Positions 28,139-37,732 of a DNA stretch of 51,965 nt are shown piece after piece; position 1 is the first letter of the stretch; the number at the start of each line of letters is the position of its first letter. The position numbers and the translations under genes were made by a program. The stretch comes from an uncultured virus (IMG/VR IMGVR_UViG_3300032227_001252) (taxonomy: Duplodnaviria; Heunggongvirae; Uroviricota; Caudoviricetes), in IMG/VR virus record IMGVR_UViG_3300032227_001252. One strand, given 5' to 3'. The notes under the pieces are model-generated. The model saw only the letters and a list, made by a program, of their open reading frames with translations. It ran no database searches and was not told where the DNA came from.

Positions 28139-29719
28139 ATGAGCCGCATCATCCCTTCCGTCGACGAAGCGAACTACAACCACTGGGCCTGGGCGCGTCC
28201 GGACGGCAAGTACGCCGGGCCCTTCAACAACCACTTCCTCGCTGACCGGGCCCGGAGCTCGAACGGCGGTGGTGGCTACCTCGTCCGCTGCTCTGCGGTG
28301 GGCGTGCTCCTGCCCGCGAAGCAGCCGGACGGCACCTACATCGACATGGGCGACATCCACAACCCGCCCGTCCCCACCATCGAGGAGAAGCAGACCATGA
28401 GCAAGAAGATCGACGAGATCAAGCACGGCACGCTGACGTACACCGGAGCAGGAAAGACTGGTGAGGTGCTCCAGTCCTCCGCTGACCGCATCTCGCGGCA
28501 GGAGGAGCACATGGCGAAGTTCGGCATCAAGCTGCCGCCGCCTGTCTTCGCGCCGGGGAGCCTGACCGACAGCGGCACGGCGAGCGAGATGTTCCACGTC
28601 AGCCACGTCGAGCACATGCAGAAGCCCCTGGTGACCGACACGCTGAAGGCCATCAAAGAAGCGGTTCAGGCCGAGAAGCGCATGGACATGGTGCTCAACC
28701 CGGCGACTCTCCGCATGAACACGGACGGTCGCATCTACCGTGAGAACGGTCGCCGCAACGCCGATGGCACCCCGGTCACGCTCGCTCTGGAGCCGAACGG
28801 CTTGCGCCAGCTCTGTGCTCGCCTCCCGGAGCAGTTCCCGCGTGCGGGTGACTTCCTGATGGCCCTCGACCCCAAGGATCGCGCTGAGGCCTTCAACGCG
28901 CAGATCTGCAAGGCTGACAAGGAGATGGAACTGAAGACCCGCACTCGCTTCACCGGGGGCACGGACCGGAGCGTGTTCGCCTTCGTCGGCAAGTCCTACG
29001 CTGCCTTCGACGCGGACCGCATCGCTGACACGCTGCTGACGCCGTTCCACCAGCTGCAGGCGGAGTTCGGGGAGGCGGGTGCGCCCCGCGGTGCCGGTCT
29101 CTACCGTCCCGAAGACTCCAGCCTCCGGGTTGACTCGATCTGGCACGCTGACACGATCGTCGACGCTGCTGCGGGTGACGTGTTCAAGGTTGGCCTCCGC
29201 TTCCGCTCGTCTGACTCCGGCGGCGGCAGCATCAAGGCGAACCTCGTCGCGTGGCGCAACCGGTGCCTGAACTTCATCATCATCGGTCAGGGTGACGTCG
29301 AGATCCTCCGCCGCACGCACCGCGGCTCGATTGACGACGTGTCGGTCGACCTCACCGCTGCCACTGAGAAGGCGCGGGAGTTCGTGAAGGGCTTCGCCGA
29401 GGACTGGGGTCTGCTCCGCAACACCAGCATCGGGAAGATCAAGCTCTGGGGCGAAGAGTACGACAGCGTTCCGGAAGCCCTCAAGGCGATGGTGGACCAG
29501 GGCAAGATCGACGGCGTGACGGCCAACGCCGTGGCGACGGAGGCTCTCCTCACCGCCTGGACGCAGGAGCCGGGCAACACGCTGGCCGATCTCGTCAACG
29601 CCGTGACCCGCTACGCCCACTCGGCGAAGCTCGGGATCGAGCGTCAGGAGAAGGTCGAGCGCAGCGCCGGTGATCTCATCCCTGTCCTCGTCCGCGCAGC
29701 GTCTCGAGCCAACGCCTGA
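28139..29719 (+). CDS. DUF932-like protein
   Basis: SDSGGGS...WRNRCLN...RRTHRG; TLADLVNAVTRYAH; possible second in-frame start at 28397. Confidence 0.75.
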   Translation: MSRIIPSVDEANYNHWAWARPDGKYAGPFNNHFLADRARSSNGGGGYLVRCSAVGVLLPAKQPDGTYIDMGDIHNPPVPTIEEKQTMSKKIDEIKHGTLTYTGAGKTGEVLQSSADRISRQEEHMAKFGIKLPPPVFAPGSLTDSGTASEMFHVSHVEHMQKPLVTDTLKAIKEAVQAEKRMDMVLNPATLRMNTDGRIYRENGRRNADGTPVTLALEPNGLRQLCARLPEQFPRAGDFLMALDPKDRAEAFNAQICKADKEMELKTRTRFTGGTDRSVFAFVGKSYAAFDADRIADTLLTPFHQLQAEFGEAGAPRGAGLYRPEDSSLRVDSIWHADTIVDAAAGDVFKVGLRFRSSDSGGGSIKANLVAWRNRCLNFIIIGQGDVEILRRTHRGSIDDVSVDLTAATEKAREFVKGFAEDWGLLRNTSIGKIKLWGEEYDSVPEALKAMVDQGKIDGVTANAVATEALLTAWTQEPGNTLADLVNAVTRYAHSAKLGIERQEKVERSAGDLIPVLVRAASRANA

Positions 29720-29748
29720 CAGATCGACAAGACATCACCGACAGAGAG

Positions 29749-30399
29749 GTGCCCGTGATCAAGAAGACCACTCCGACTGCGACTGACGACAACCGCTACG
29801 TGTGGGAACACGCCCACAAGGAGATCGACTCCTACATCAAGCAGACAAAATCCCTTGAGCTGGAGAAGGCGTGGGTGTTGGCCCAGCGCATCATCGCAGC
29901 GCAGGCCTCGATGTACCGCCCCGACGTGAGCACGACGGTGGCAACTTCGATGGCGTGGGAGGACTTCGAGATGGCGTGCCGCGGCGTGGGTCAGCCAGGC
30001 GTCGGCGGTGCGATCTTCCACCTCTGGTCGCGGACGGCCCGGCGAGATGACAAGCGCTTTCAGGCTGTCCTCGCCGAGGCCTTCCGGGCCGCGGTCGGAG
30101 CCACGGACCCGGCAGTGCTTCGGTACGGCATCGGCCTGCGGAACACGCCCATCGCCACGCTCGACAAGGGGTTCGGCAAGCGTGAAGCCAGTCCGAGTTC
30201 CGGTGCCGCGGGCCTGGGCGGGGACATGATGGACGTCGACTTCGACAGCCTCGGTGGGTCGGTGGATGTGCCACCGCCCAAGCAGGTTGACGACGTCGCC
30301 GGACGCCCCACGTTTCAGTTCACTGTCATCCCCGGCGGCCGAGTCGACACTCCCAAGGCTCCGACGCCTCCTCCCTCCACCCGCAAGCCGAGGAAGTAG
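29749..30399 (+). CDS. hypothetical protein
   Basis: GTG start; 216 aa. Confidence 0.7.
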   Translation: MPVIKKTTPTATDDNRYVWEHAHKEIDSYIKQTKSLELEKAWVLAQRIIAAQASMYRPDVSTTVATSMAWEDFEMACRGVGQPGVGGAIFHLWSRTARRDDKRFQAVLAEAFRAAVGATDPAVLRYGIGLRNTPIATLDKGFGKREASPSSGAAGLGGDMMDVDFDSLGGSVDVPPPKQVDDVAGRPTFQFTVIPGGRVDTPKAPTPPPSTRKPRK

Positions 30400-30402
30400 A
30401 AC

Positions 30403-31062
30403 ATGCCCAACTGGTGCACGAATCGAACCACGTTCGCGGGCCCTCGTGAGGAGCTCTCGAAGCTCCGTGACAGTCTCTCCGGCCCCGAAGGGACCTTGGA
30501 CTTCCAGCACTTCATGCCGATGCCCGCGGAGCTGGAGGGCATCAAGAGCGGAGGCATCACGATCGACGGGGTGCAGTACCGCAACTGGCGCTCGATCGAG
30601 AACGCCGATGGAACGAGCCGTGACATCGGCATGAGCAGAGAGGACGTGGCAGCGCTCGTCAGCAAGTACGGCGCTGCGGACTGGTACGAATGGAACTCCC
30701 AGAACTGGGGCACCAAGTGGAATCCCGGAAGCGCGAACGTCTCTGAGGAGTCCGGCGGGGTGGTCTACGACTACGACACGGCCTGGTCTCCTCCCGTGGG
30801 CTTCCTCGACAAGGTGGCTGAGACCTTCCCACAGGTGACGATCACCAACATGTACATAGACGAGGCCTGGAACTTCGGCGGTGTGGCTCGCTGGGAGAAC
30901 GGCGGAATGGTGATGGACACCTCCGCCGTGGGTGAGGACATCCGCTCCATCAGCGAGTGGCACGACGTCCACATGGGTTCTGAGCAGGAACTCGACGACG
31001 CCACCGCGGAAGATGAACTGTTCGGCGATGACGAAGACGACGAAGACGAAGGAGGCGAATGA
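30403..31062 (+). CDS. DUF1281/YubB-like ferredoxin-fold protein
   Basis: MPNWCTN, WYEW...NWGTKW, DTAWSPP. Confidence 0.85.
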   Translation: MPNWCTNRTTFAGPREELSKLRDSLSGPEGTLDFQHFMPMPAELEGIKSGGITIDGVQYRNWRSIENADGTSRDIGMSREDVAALVSKYGAADWYEWNSQNWGTKWNPGSANVSEESGGVVYDYDTAWSPPVGFLDKVAETFPQVTITNMYIDEAWNFGGVARWENGGMVMDTSAVGEDIRSISEWHDVHMGSEQELDDATAEDELFGDDEDDEDEGGE

Positions 31063-31742
31063 TGAACATCAAGTGTGAGTACTCGGGTGAGATCCTGACC
31101 AGCCAGCGGAAGATGCGGACGACCCGCGGGCCCGGCTTCACGGAGCTGCAGTTCCCGGTTCGGGTCACGGTGACGGATCCCGCCTGGGATGGTGGGATGC
31201 GGCTTCCGTCGATGGAAGACCCCTTCATGAACGCTGTGCAGCCGGTCGAGTGGAAGGCCTTCGGCGCTGACCTCATCTTCGTCAACACGACCTACTGGTA
31301 CAGGAACACGGAGGACCAGCCGACCTTTACGGTCGGAATCCGAGTTCGCTATGAGGACGTCGGACATGCGCGGCGGGCCCAGAACGGCATGGCCCAGATC
31401 CTCCTCAACAAGAAGGCCGGGGTCGAGACCGCGTTCGCAGAGAGGGTTGCGCAGCAGGTGCTCGATGCCCACATCGCAGCGCAGGCTGCCGAGAAGACCG
31501 CTCAGGAACTGAGCTGGATGGCGTCTGGCATCGTCTCCGAGGCCCGGCGCCGGGGTCGGGAGGAGATGAACTACGACGAGCAGGCCAAGCGGCTCCGCAC
31601 CGCACTGGCGAACCACACCGAGAACCACGCCATCGACCTGGCATCGGAAGTCGCTCGCGACCACGGGGTCGACGAGGCCGCTCTGAAGGTGGCCGTAGAG
31701 GAACTTCTCGCCAAGCCGGTCTGGCACATGGGGAGCATCTGA
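31059..31742 (+). CDS. hypothetical protein
   Basis: ATGA overlap, GGAGG RBS. Confidence 0.75.
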   Translation: MMNIKCEYSGEILTSQRKMRTTRGPGFTELQFPVRVTVTDPAWDGGMRLPSMEDPFMNAVQPVEWKAFGADLIFVNTTYWYRNTEDQPTFTVGIRVRYEDVGHARRAQNGMAQILLNKKAGVETAFAERVAQQVLDAHIAAQAAEKTAQELSWMASGIVSEARRRGREEMNYDEQAKRLRTALANHTENHAIDLASEVARDHGVDEAALKVAVEELLAKPVWHMGSI

Positions 31743-31743
31743 C

Positions 31744-31989
31744 ATGATCGAAGAGACACAGTCTGGTGGCCTCATGGTCACCGGAGAGCACATCAAGCTC
31801 TACGGCCTGATTTCTCTGAAGCAGGCCATCATCCTCGAGGGCAAGGGCCTGAAGCTCAGCCGCGGCGCCTCTGCGATGGCGATCGCGAAGAAGCGCTACG
31901 GCCTCAAGGGTGGGCGAGACAAGATCATCGCTCAAGTTCAGGCCATGATCGACCAGTTCATCCCGGCGGACGAGGAGCCGACTGCTTGA
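31744..31989 (+). CDS. small phage protein (LE.KG.K.SRG.SA...K..YGLKG)
   Basis: Family-like motif. Confidence 0.7.
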   Translation: MIEETQSGGLMVTGEHIKLYGLISLKQAIILEGKGLKLSRGASAMAIAKKRYGLKGGRDKIIAQVQAMIDQFIPADEEPTA

Positions 31990-32225
31990 CGGACTACGAG
32001 AGAGGGAAGCGAGACGGTCTGATGGCCATGGCCGAGTGGGCAGACCAGCACGCTGAGCACTGGCAGGGCGAGACCTACCGCCATCAGGCCCTCATCGGCG
32101 TGTCCATGAACCGCATCAAGCACCACGGAGCCAGTCGAATGGCGAACTGGTACATGCACAAAATGGCGCTCTTCCGAGAGGTCGCCGCAGAGGCTCGCCG
32201 GCTGGCGGGCGTGGAGGAAGAATGA
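31986..32225 (+). CDS. hypothetical protein
   Basis: TTGA overlap. Confidence 0.65.
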   Translation: MTDYERGKRDGLMAMAEWADQHAEHWQGETYRHQALIGVSMNRIKHHGASRMANWYMHKMALFREVAAEARRLAGVEEE

Positions 32226-32434
32226 GTCTCAAGCGATTCGCGGCAGACCACGGCTGGAACGACACGACACTCCTGACGCTCCTGGAGGACTTCATCGAGG
32301 ACAAGAACCTCACGGCCTCCGCGCTGGAGTACCTGAACGGGGTGGCCGAGGTCGAGGAGGAGATGAGCGAACTCGACGCGGACGAGGACGAGGACTGGAT
32401 CGTCGAAGGCAAGCCGGATGACGTCAATGGGTGA
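32222..32434 (+). CDS. small acidic protein
   Basis: ATGA overlap, GGAGG RBS. Confidence 0.65.
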   Translation: MSLKRFAADHGWNDTTLLTLLEDFIEDKNLTASALEYLNGVAEVEEEMSELDADEDEDWIVEGKPDDVNG

Positions 32435-32849
32435 TCGCTGCTGGGTGGATGTGAGCGTCTCCAACACAGACCTTGAGAAGTTCCTCAAAGTGGTCGGGGA
32501 AGAGCCGGAGGAGGAGGTCGAGAGCGGACATGTGACGCATCTCGTCTTCGCGAACGCCAACTACGGCATGGGCATGTCCCTGGATGCCGCTGCAGCAGCC
32601 AATATCGAGTTCTTCGGCCAACACACCAAGGGGGACTCGTACGGTGCGTCAGAGTTCTACAGCCTTGGAAAGGCCGGTGTTGAGTACATCCCCACGGGGG
32701 ATGACAACTACGGCGTCCTTGTCGGCGGCAGCACTCCGGGTGAGCGGTGGGCCCGCCTCCGAGAGCTGGAAACCAAGATCGCCGAGAGAAACGACCTCAT
32801 CCGACGGATGAACAACCCCCTGTACGACCTGACCAAAGAGGCCTCATGA
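32427..32849 (+). CDS. hypothetical protein with C-terminal NPLYDLT
   Basis: MGDRCW start overlapping the upstream gene. Confidence 0.7.
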   Translation: MGDRCWVDVSVSNTDLEKFLKVVGEEPEEEVESGHVTHLVFANANYGMGMSLDAAAAANIEFFGQHTKGDSYGASEFYSLGKAGVEYIPTGDDNYGVLVGGSTPGERWARLRELETKIAERNDLIRRMNNPLYDLTKEAS

Positions 32850-33592
32850 CCATTACAGGACAGATCAGCACGAACGAGACCCGGTACCGTACGGAAGACT
32901 TGCAGGCCTTGGTCGACTTCTGCCTCACGCACGCGAAGTCGAACTACGGCACTCGCCCGAAGGAGTTTCACTTCTTCGAGTTCCGGCCCCGGCCGACCGA
33001 GCGCCCGAAGTCCTTCCGAGTCTCTGCCTTCAGGCTGGGTGCTCACAGCTACGGGCCCGAGTTCATCGAGTCGAAGATTCGCTACGTCAAGACGCAGCGT
33101 GATCAGCCAGGCGTTGTGTGGATCGCATCGCCCGAGTGCTGGATGGATGCCCTGGCTCAGTTGGCGACGAGCGACGATGGGCAGGAAGTCTTGCTGCCGC
33201 GTGCTGCTGTGCAGCTGCTGGCAGATGCGATCAAGGGGTCTTGGCACTTCCAGAACGTGCCTGCGGACTTGACGCTCAGCGTGCATGTGGCGCTGACCAG
33301 CAAGACCAAGCGGGTGCGGGCGAGCCAGACTCGAGTCATCAAGGTCAACAAGTACATCGCGATGTCCGGGGCGACGATCGAGGGCATGAATCGACTCGTT
33401 CGAGAACTCAACGAACTCGTCAGCGTGCGTCACAAGTTGCGCGACCTCTCGGGTCAGATTGGCATTCGAGACCCACTCGCTGAGGGCAATCTCGTCGACC
33501 GGACCTTCCGCATGAAGGAAGAACTGCAGTCAGCGACCGAAGCAATCGCAGCGTCTCTCGCTCAGATCAACGGCACGAAGGAGCAGACATGA
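32846..33592 (+). CDS. NxTRYNTED paralogue family member 4
   Basis: TNETRYRTEDLQALVD; IASPECWMDALAQLA. Confidence 0.8.
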   Translation: MTITGQISTNETRYRTEDLQALVDFCLTHAKSNYGTRPKEFHFFEFRPRPTERPKSFRVSAFRLGAHSYGPEFIESKIRYVKTQRDQPGVVWIASPECWMDALAQLATSDDGQEVLLPRAAVQLLADAIKGSWHFQNVPADLTLSVHVALTSKTKRVRASQTRVIKVNKYIAMSGATIEGMNRLVRELNELVSVRHKLRDLSGQIGIRDPLAEGNLVDRTFRMKEELQSATEAIAASLAQINGTKEQT

Positions 33593-34350
33593 ACACGACG
33601 AAGAACAACCTCATCACGATCGAGAACAGCACGCGCTACAACACGGCCGACATCGTCGCTGTGTTCAACGCACTGGAGGACTGCTTCACTCGAGCGGGCC
33701 TGGTGCCGACGCGGGATGAGGATCACGCAGCCACTGCGGACGTGGTGGACTTCAACCCGGCGAGCGTGCGCTACGTAGTCTCCGAGTACAACCACACGAC
33801 GCACACCTCCAGCAAGGTGTACAGGTACAGGTACGTGAAGAACGGCAGTTGGGCCCTTGCTTCACGCAACGTCATCGGCCTCGTCCCGCCCGAGAAGCTG
33901 TACCCTGACCCTCTCGAGGCTCTCACCCGAACCGACGACAAGCTCGCTCCGCCGGAGATGGGTGTCCAGTTGTTGGATCGAGCGATGCGCTTTTACACCT
34001 TCTACCGCTACGAGACTCGCAGGGAGTTCGCTGAGGCGGTCAGGGATCTCGTCAAGAGTGGGAAGCTGCCCATCCGCATCGAGGCGAAGAGGGCTGGAGC
34101 CAAGATCTCGGACATCAAGCGGCGGAAGGCGGCGGCGTTGGCCCAGGGCAGGGCTCGAGGACTGGAGGTCGAGCTCAAGCGGATTCGCGAGGAGCTGGGC
34201 CGTCGTACGCTTGAGATGGCCAACCTCCTTGAGGCCTGCAACGCAGCCGGTCTGGACTACGACCCTGACTTCGATGCGATCCGCTCCACGTACGAACCTG
34301 TGGACGCAGCGGTCATCGAGGTCGTGGCTCTGCTGAAGAGGATGGGGTGA
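33589..34350 (+). CDS. NxTRYNTED paralogue family member 5
   Basis: ENSTRYNTADIVAVFNALE; LVPPEKLYPDPLEALT; IRIEAKR. Confidence 0.8.
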   Translation: MNTTKNNLITIENSTRYNTADIVAVFNALEDCFTRAGLVPTRDEDHAATADVVDFNPASVRYVVSEYNHTTHTSSKVYRYRYVKNGSWALASRNVIGLVPPEKLYPDPLEALTRTDDKLAPPEMGVQLLDRAMRFYTFYRYETRREFAEAVRDLVKSGKLPIRIEAKRAGAKISDIKRRKAAALAQGRARGLEVELKRIREELGRRTLEMANLLEACNAAGLDYDPDFDAIRSTYEPVDAAVIEVVALLKRMG

Positions 34351-34658
34351 TCTTCGTCACGGCAGGCCGCGTAGGCAGCGAGTACCGCAGGTGCAAGCAC
34401 TTCCAGGTCATGCGCATAGCGGTGAAGCTCTACGAACTGAGGACAGGCCGTGATGGAGTGACCCGCTTCAAGTACGCGGGCTTCGTCGAGGGGACGGACA
34501 CCCTGGATCGCTACATCCGAGACAAGAAGGTGCGTCTCGCGAAGGAGCACGCCGTCAAAATCGGCGCGGTGTACGAGGACAGGATCCTGCACAACATGAA
34601 AGTCAGCCCCCTGGAAGCGCTGGCGTTCTCAATCGGAGGAACAAATGAGGAATCGTGA
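34347..34658 (+). CDS. hypothetical protein with C-terminal SPLEALA
   Basis: GTGA overlap. Confidence 0.7.
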   Translation: MIFVTAGRVGSEYRRCKHFQVMRIAVKLYELRTGRDGVTRFKYAGFVEGTDTLDRYIRDKKVRLAKEHAVKIGAVYEDRILHNMKVSPLEALAFSIGGTNEES

Positions 34659-34845
34659 CTACCCGGGCACCTGCTGTGACCGGTGCCTCAAGCAGAGCGT
34701 TGGCTACATCATGTCGATGTACTCGGAGGAGTGGATCTGCATGGACTGCAAGGACGCAGAGAAGAAGCGCGACGACTACCAGCAGGCGGTCGATCGTGAC
34801 GTCGCTGAGTACATGCAGCGAGTGCAGGCCGCCCGTGGCCGCTGA
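34645..34845 (+). CDS. small Zn-finger protein
   Basis: CDRC...MSMY...ICMDC; GGAGG RBS. Confidence 0.75.
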   Translation: MRNRDYPGTCCDRCLKQSVGYIMSMYSEEWICMDCKDAEKKRDDYQQAVDRDVAEYMQRVQAARGR

Positions 34846-35176
34846 GACGCTCCCGATCCACAAGGTCTTCGACATTCAGGTGCCGGGCAACTGGGATTCC
34901 TTCCATGCGCCCAGTGCCACGGAGTTCAGGGAGTGCCGAGACGACGGCATCTTCCCCGTGGCCTGGCACACGAACTCGACGCCGGATTCCGCATCCATCC
35001 AGATCTCGGACGTCGTGAGCGAGTGGTCGTTCGAGGCCATGTTCCACGTCACGGTCTGGTTCGGTGGCATCGGCAACTCTGTTCTGGTGCGGGACCCCGT
35101 GAGCCTCGCATTCTTCCTGACCCAAACACTTCCCGGCCTCAAGCCTTTCATGAAGGAGTACGAAATCCATGAGTGA
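34835..35176 (+). CDS. hypothetical protein
   Basis: GTG start overlapping upstream gene; start uncertain. Confidence 0.55.
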   Translation: MAAETLPIHKVFDIQVPGNWDSFHAPSATEFRECRDDGIFPVAWHTNSTPDSASIQISDVVSEWSFEAMFHVTVWFGGIGNSVLVRDPVSLAFFLTQTLPGLKPFMKEYEIHE

Positions 35177-35393
35177 GCGCATCATCACGGCCTGCAACAT
35201 CGGGCCCTACCCCAAGTCCTTCTTCGACCCCATGCCCGTGGTCAACGTGACCTACAGCGACGGGGCGACGGAGAAACTCTTCTCGTTCTACCCGGACGAG
35301 ATCTCGTTCAGCGAGCGTGAGTTCATCGGCAAGACCCGAGATCAGGCCATGTCCTTGCGCCATCGCAAGGATGTTGCCTACCTCCAGTCCTGA
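35169..35393 (+). CDS. conserved small phage protein (LF..YPDEISF...EF.GKT)
   Basis: AAGGAG RBS; family-like motif. Confidence 0.8.
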   Translation: MSERIITACNIGPYPKSFFDPMPVVNVTYSDGATEKLFSFYPDEISFSEREFIGKTRDQAMSLRHRKDVAYLQS

Positions 35394-35422
35394 TTCTGTC
35401 TGACCCCAAGGAGAACACCCAC

Positions 35423-36022
35423 ATGACGACGACCAACACCCCGACTCTCATCACGATCAAGCTCCTCGCGTCCTCGGCTCCGAGCATCAAGGACGTGCAG
35501 GCTGCTCTGGCCGAGTTCGGCACGACGCTCCAGTACGATGCCGTGAACCTCGTGTTCAACGGCAGCGGACTCGTTCCGGCTCCGACCGCCGTGGCGGAGA
35601 AGCCCGCCGCGCCCGCCGCCGAGAAGGCCAAGGCTCCGAGCAAGGCCCGCAAGGCTCAGCACGACCAGGCCGTGTCGCGCGCCACCAAGAAGGCGGAGAA
35701 GTCCGAGACCCCCAAGCCCATCTCCTTCTCGGAGGGGAGCGACCCGCACAAGATCTGGCAGCTCATCCGCACCAGTCCGGCGATGACCTCCACGCAGATC
35801 CGCGAGAAGCTGGGCCTCGGGTCGAACATCGTGAACACGACGGTGTACCGCCTCAAGAACGCGGGGATGATCCGCCCCATGTCCTACAATGCCCCCAACG
35901 GCGACACCCTCTACACGAGCACGGAGTGGGACACCGCGAAGTCCGAGAAGGCTGCGCCCCTCGACGTCAACGCGGCCCTGTCCGAGTTCGCAGAGGGCCT
36001 CGACGACGACGGTTCCATCTGA
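35423..36022 (+). CDS. winged-helix DNA-binding protein
   Basis: KIWQLIRTSPAMTSTQIREKLGLGSNIVNTTVYRLKNAGMI. Confidence 0.8.
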   Translation: MTTTNTPTLITIKLLASSAPSIKDVQAALAEFGTTLQYDAVNLVFNGSGLVPAPTAVAEKPAAPAAEKAKAPSKARKAQHDQAVSRATKKAEKSETPKPISFSEGSDPHKIWQLIRTSPAMTSTQIREKLGLGSNIVNTTVYRLKNAGMIRPMSYNAPNGDTLYTSTEWDTAKSEKAAPLDVNAALSEFAEGLDDDGSI

Positions 36023-36255
36023 TGGAACCGGCCGCACAGGAGCTTGCCCAGACCCTCGTGCAGAGGGCTGGGCAGGCTCTGGCCGACAGCCTCATGCCCC
36101 ACCACGTGCACATCGTCTCAACGAAAGGCGGCAACCGCCTCGAAGTTCAGATCGACGGGCGCCACATGGTGAGCATGGAGTCCGACCATCCGGTCGACAC
36201 TGCTGATGCACTCCGCGCCTGGACGCACAAGCTGCTTGTGGGGAAGACGCGATGA
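36022..36255 (+). CDS. hypothetical protein
   Basis: TGATG overlap. Confidence 0.6.
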   Translation: MEPAAQELAQTLVQRAGQALADSLMPHHVHIVSTKGGNRLEVQIDGRHMVSMESDHPVDTADALRAWTHKLLVGKTR

Positions 36256-36542
36256 GAGACGGCATGAGGCACTACATCAGCCCAGACGAGCTCGATGTCG
36301 TCCGGCGTTTCGTGGACAACTGGGAAGACCTGTGCGATGCCGACCACGCGATCCTCGCTTCCCTCGTGAAGCGATTCGACGCAGACGTCGCGTTGCAGGG
36401 TTCGGACGAGATCCGCTCTATTCGCCGTAAGGCGATGGAGGATCTCGCGACGGATGACCTGAGCGTGGACGACGACGCTGAGGTTCTGAAAGTCGAGCAC
36501 GGGTACTGGGTCCAATCCTGGGCCTGGATGCCTAACGAGTGA
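36252..36542 (+). CDS. hypothetical protein
   Basis: ATGA overlap; DDDAEV...GYWVQSW. Confidence 0.7.
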   Translation: MRDGMRHYISPDELDVVRRFVDNWEDLCDADHAILASLVKRFDADVALQGSDEIRSIRRKAMEDLATDDLSVDDDAEVLKVEHGYWVQSWAWMPNE

Positions 36543-36583
36543 ACATCAACCCATCGACGAGAGGCGGCTCTCGCGATACTGCA

Positions 36584-36615
36584 GGGGCACGGTTGCCATC
36601 CGGCAGCCGTGCCCC
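36584..36615 (+). other. intergenic RNA hairpin (terminator or processing signal)
   Basis: GGGGCACGGTTGCC-ATCC-GGCAGCCGTGCCCC. Confidence 0.6.
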
Positions 36616-36646
36616 GTCTTACGTCAACACGCAAGGAGAAGCCAAC

Positions 36647-37147
36647 ATGGCCAAGGTCAAGCCCTACATCATCACGATCAAGTACGCTGCCTTCTACGAG
36701 GACCCGCGTCCCACCGTGGAGCAGGTTCTCAACGAGCTCAACGTCGACGCCCTCGAAGTCCTCATCGAGGAGGCGGTCGTGACGGCCAAGCCCAAGGCGA
36801 GCATCGAGGTGGACGTCGAGTCCCGCACGATCACCTACCACAACACCCCTGACACCGCTGTCGTCGCGGCTCCCAAGGCCGAGGCCGCGCCCGCTGTCGA
36901 GTTCTTCGATAAGGGCGACGCTCCGTTCGACGTGTACAACCTCGACCGCAACGGCCCGAGCATGAAGATCCTCTCGCTCCTCTATCGAGACGGCAAGAAG
37001 GGTCGCACGATCGGCAGCATCCGCGAGGTGACGGCCCTGCCCGGCGCCTCGGCCCAGGTCACGGTGTCCCGCCTCAAGAAGCTCGGGCGCATCAAGGTCA
37101 TCGGCAAGGACAGCGCAGGCAGTTCCGTCTACGCCTTCGTCAAGTAG
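36647..37147 (+). CDS. protein with C-terminal winged-helix domain
   Basis: AAGGAG RBS; KILSLL...SAQVTVSRLKKLGRI. Confidence 0.75.
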   Translation: MAKVKPYIITIKYAAFYEDPRPTVEQVLNELNVDALEVLIEEAVVTAKPKASIEVDVESRTITYHNTPDTAVVAAPKAEAAPAVEFFDKGDAPFDVYNLDRNGPSMKILSLLYRDGKKGRTIGSIREVTALPGASAQVTVSRLKKLGRIKVIGKDSAGSSVYAFVK

Positions 37148-37155
37148 GAGCACAC

Positions 37156-37728
37156 ATGTCCGCAGACTGCGACAAGACTCAGAAGCCCAGCCCCGGAGCG
37201 ATGGCCTTCCTCGTAGGGGAGGCTCTGAAGGCCGGCGGCATCAAAGTGATCCAGACCAAAGAGAAGTTCGGAAGCATCCGCGTCTACGTGACGATTCCGA
37301 ACAACCACGAGGCGCGGACTCACTACAGGGAGATCTACCTGAGCGCGATGGAGGCCTGCCCCGAACTGGCAGATAACCTTCGCGGGTCGGCGGACAGGAG
37401 TGAATGGCTCTACGCCACGGAAGCCGACCTTGATGCGGCCATTGCGCGTCATGTGGCGAGGGGCGGAGCCAACGCACTGGATGCGTGGTCTCCGCACTTC
37501 ACCCTGGCACGCCAGCTCATCAAGGGTGAGGACACGTCAGACTTCCTCGACGGCGACACCGAGATCGTCGACGCAGGAGAGGTAGAACCGCCTGTCACCC
37601 TGAGCCGGGATCTGTTCGAAGCGGCTCATGCCGCGGTCGGATGGGCCTGCGTTCAGGGTGGCGGCGGGCAGTGGCTTGACATCCACAAGCAGATGAGCGA
37701 CGCGCTCAACAACACGAAGAAGAGGTAA
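37156..37728 (+). CDS. conserved phage protein (Q.KEKFG..R.Y)
   Basis: VIQTKEKFGSIRVY. Confidence 0.75.
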   Translation: MSADCDKTQKPSPGAMAFLVGEALKAGGIKVIQTKEKFGSIRVYVTIPNNHEARTHYREIYLSAMEACPELADNLRGSADRSEWLYATEADLDAAIARHVARGGANALDAWSPHFTLARQLIKGEDTSDFLDGDTEIVDAGEVEPPVTLSRDLFEAAHAAVGWACVQGGGGQWLDIHKQMSDALNNTKKR

Positions 37729-37732
37729 CACC

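Noticed and set aside
28040..29620. Long minus-strand ORFs (526 aa here; also 38664-40442, 20402-21577, 21561-22748 and others)
   Set aside because: Antisense shadows of high-GC plus-strand genes; no RBS, no motifs, and fully overlapping well-supported CDSs.
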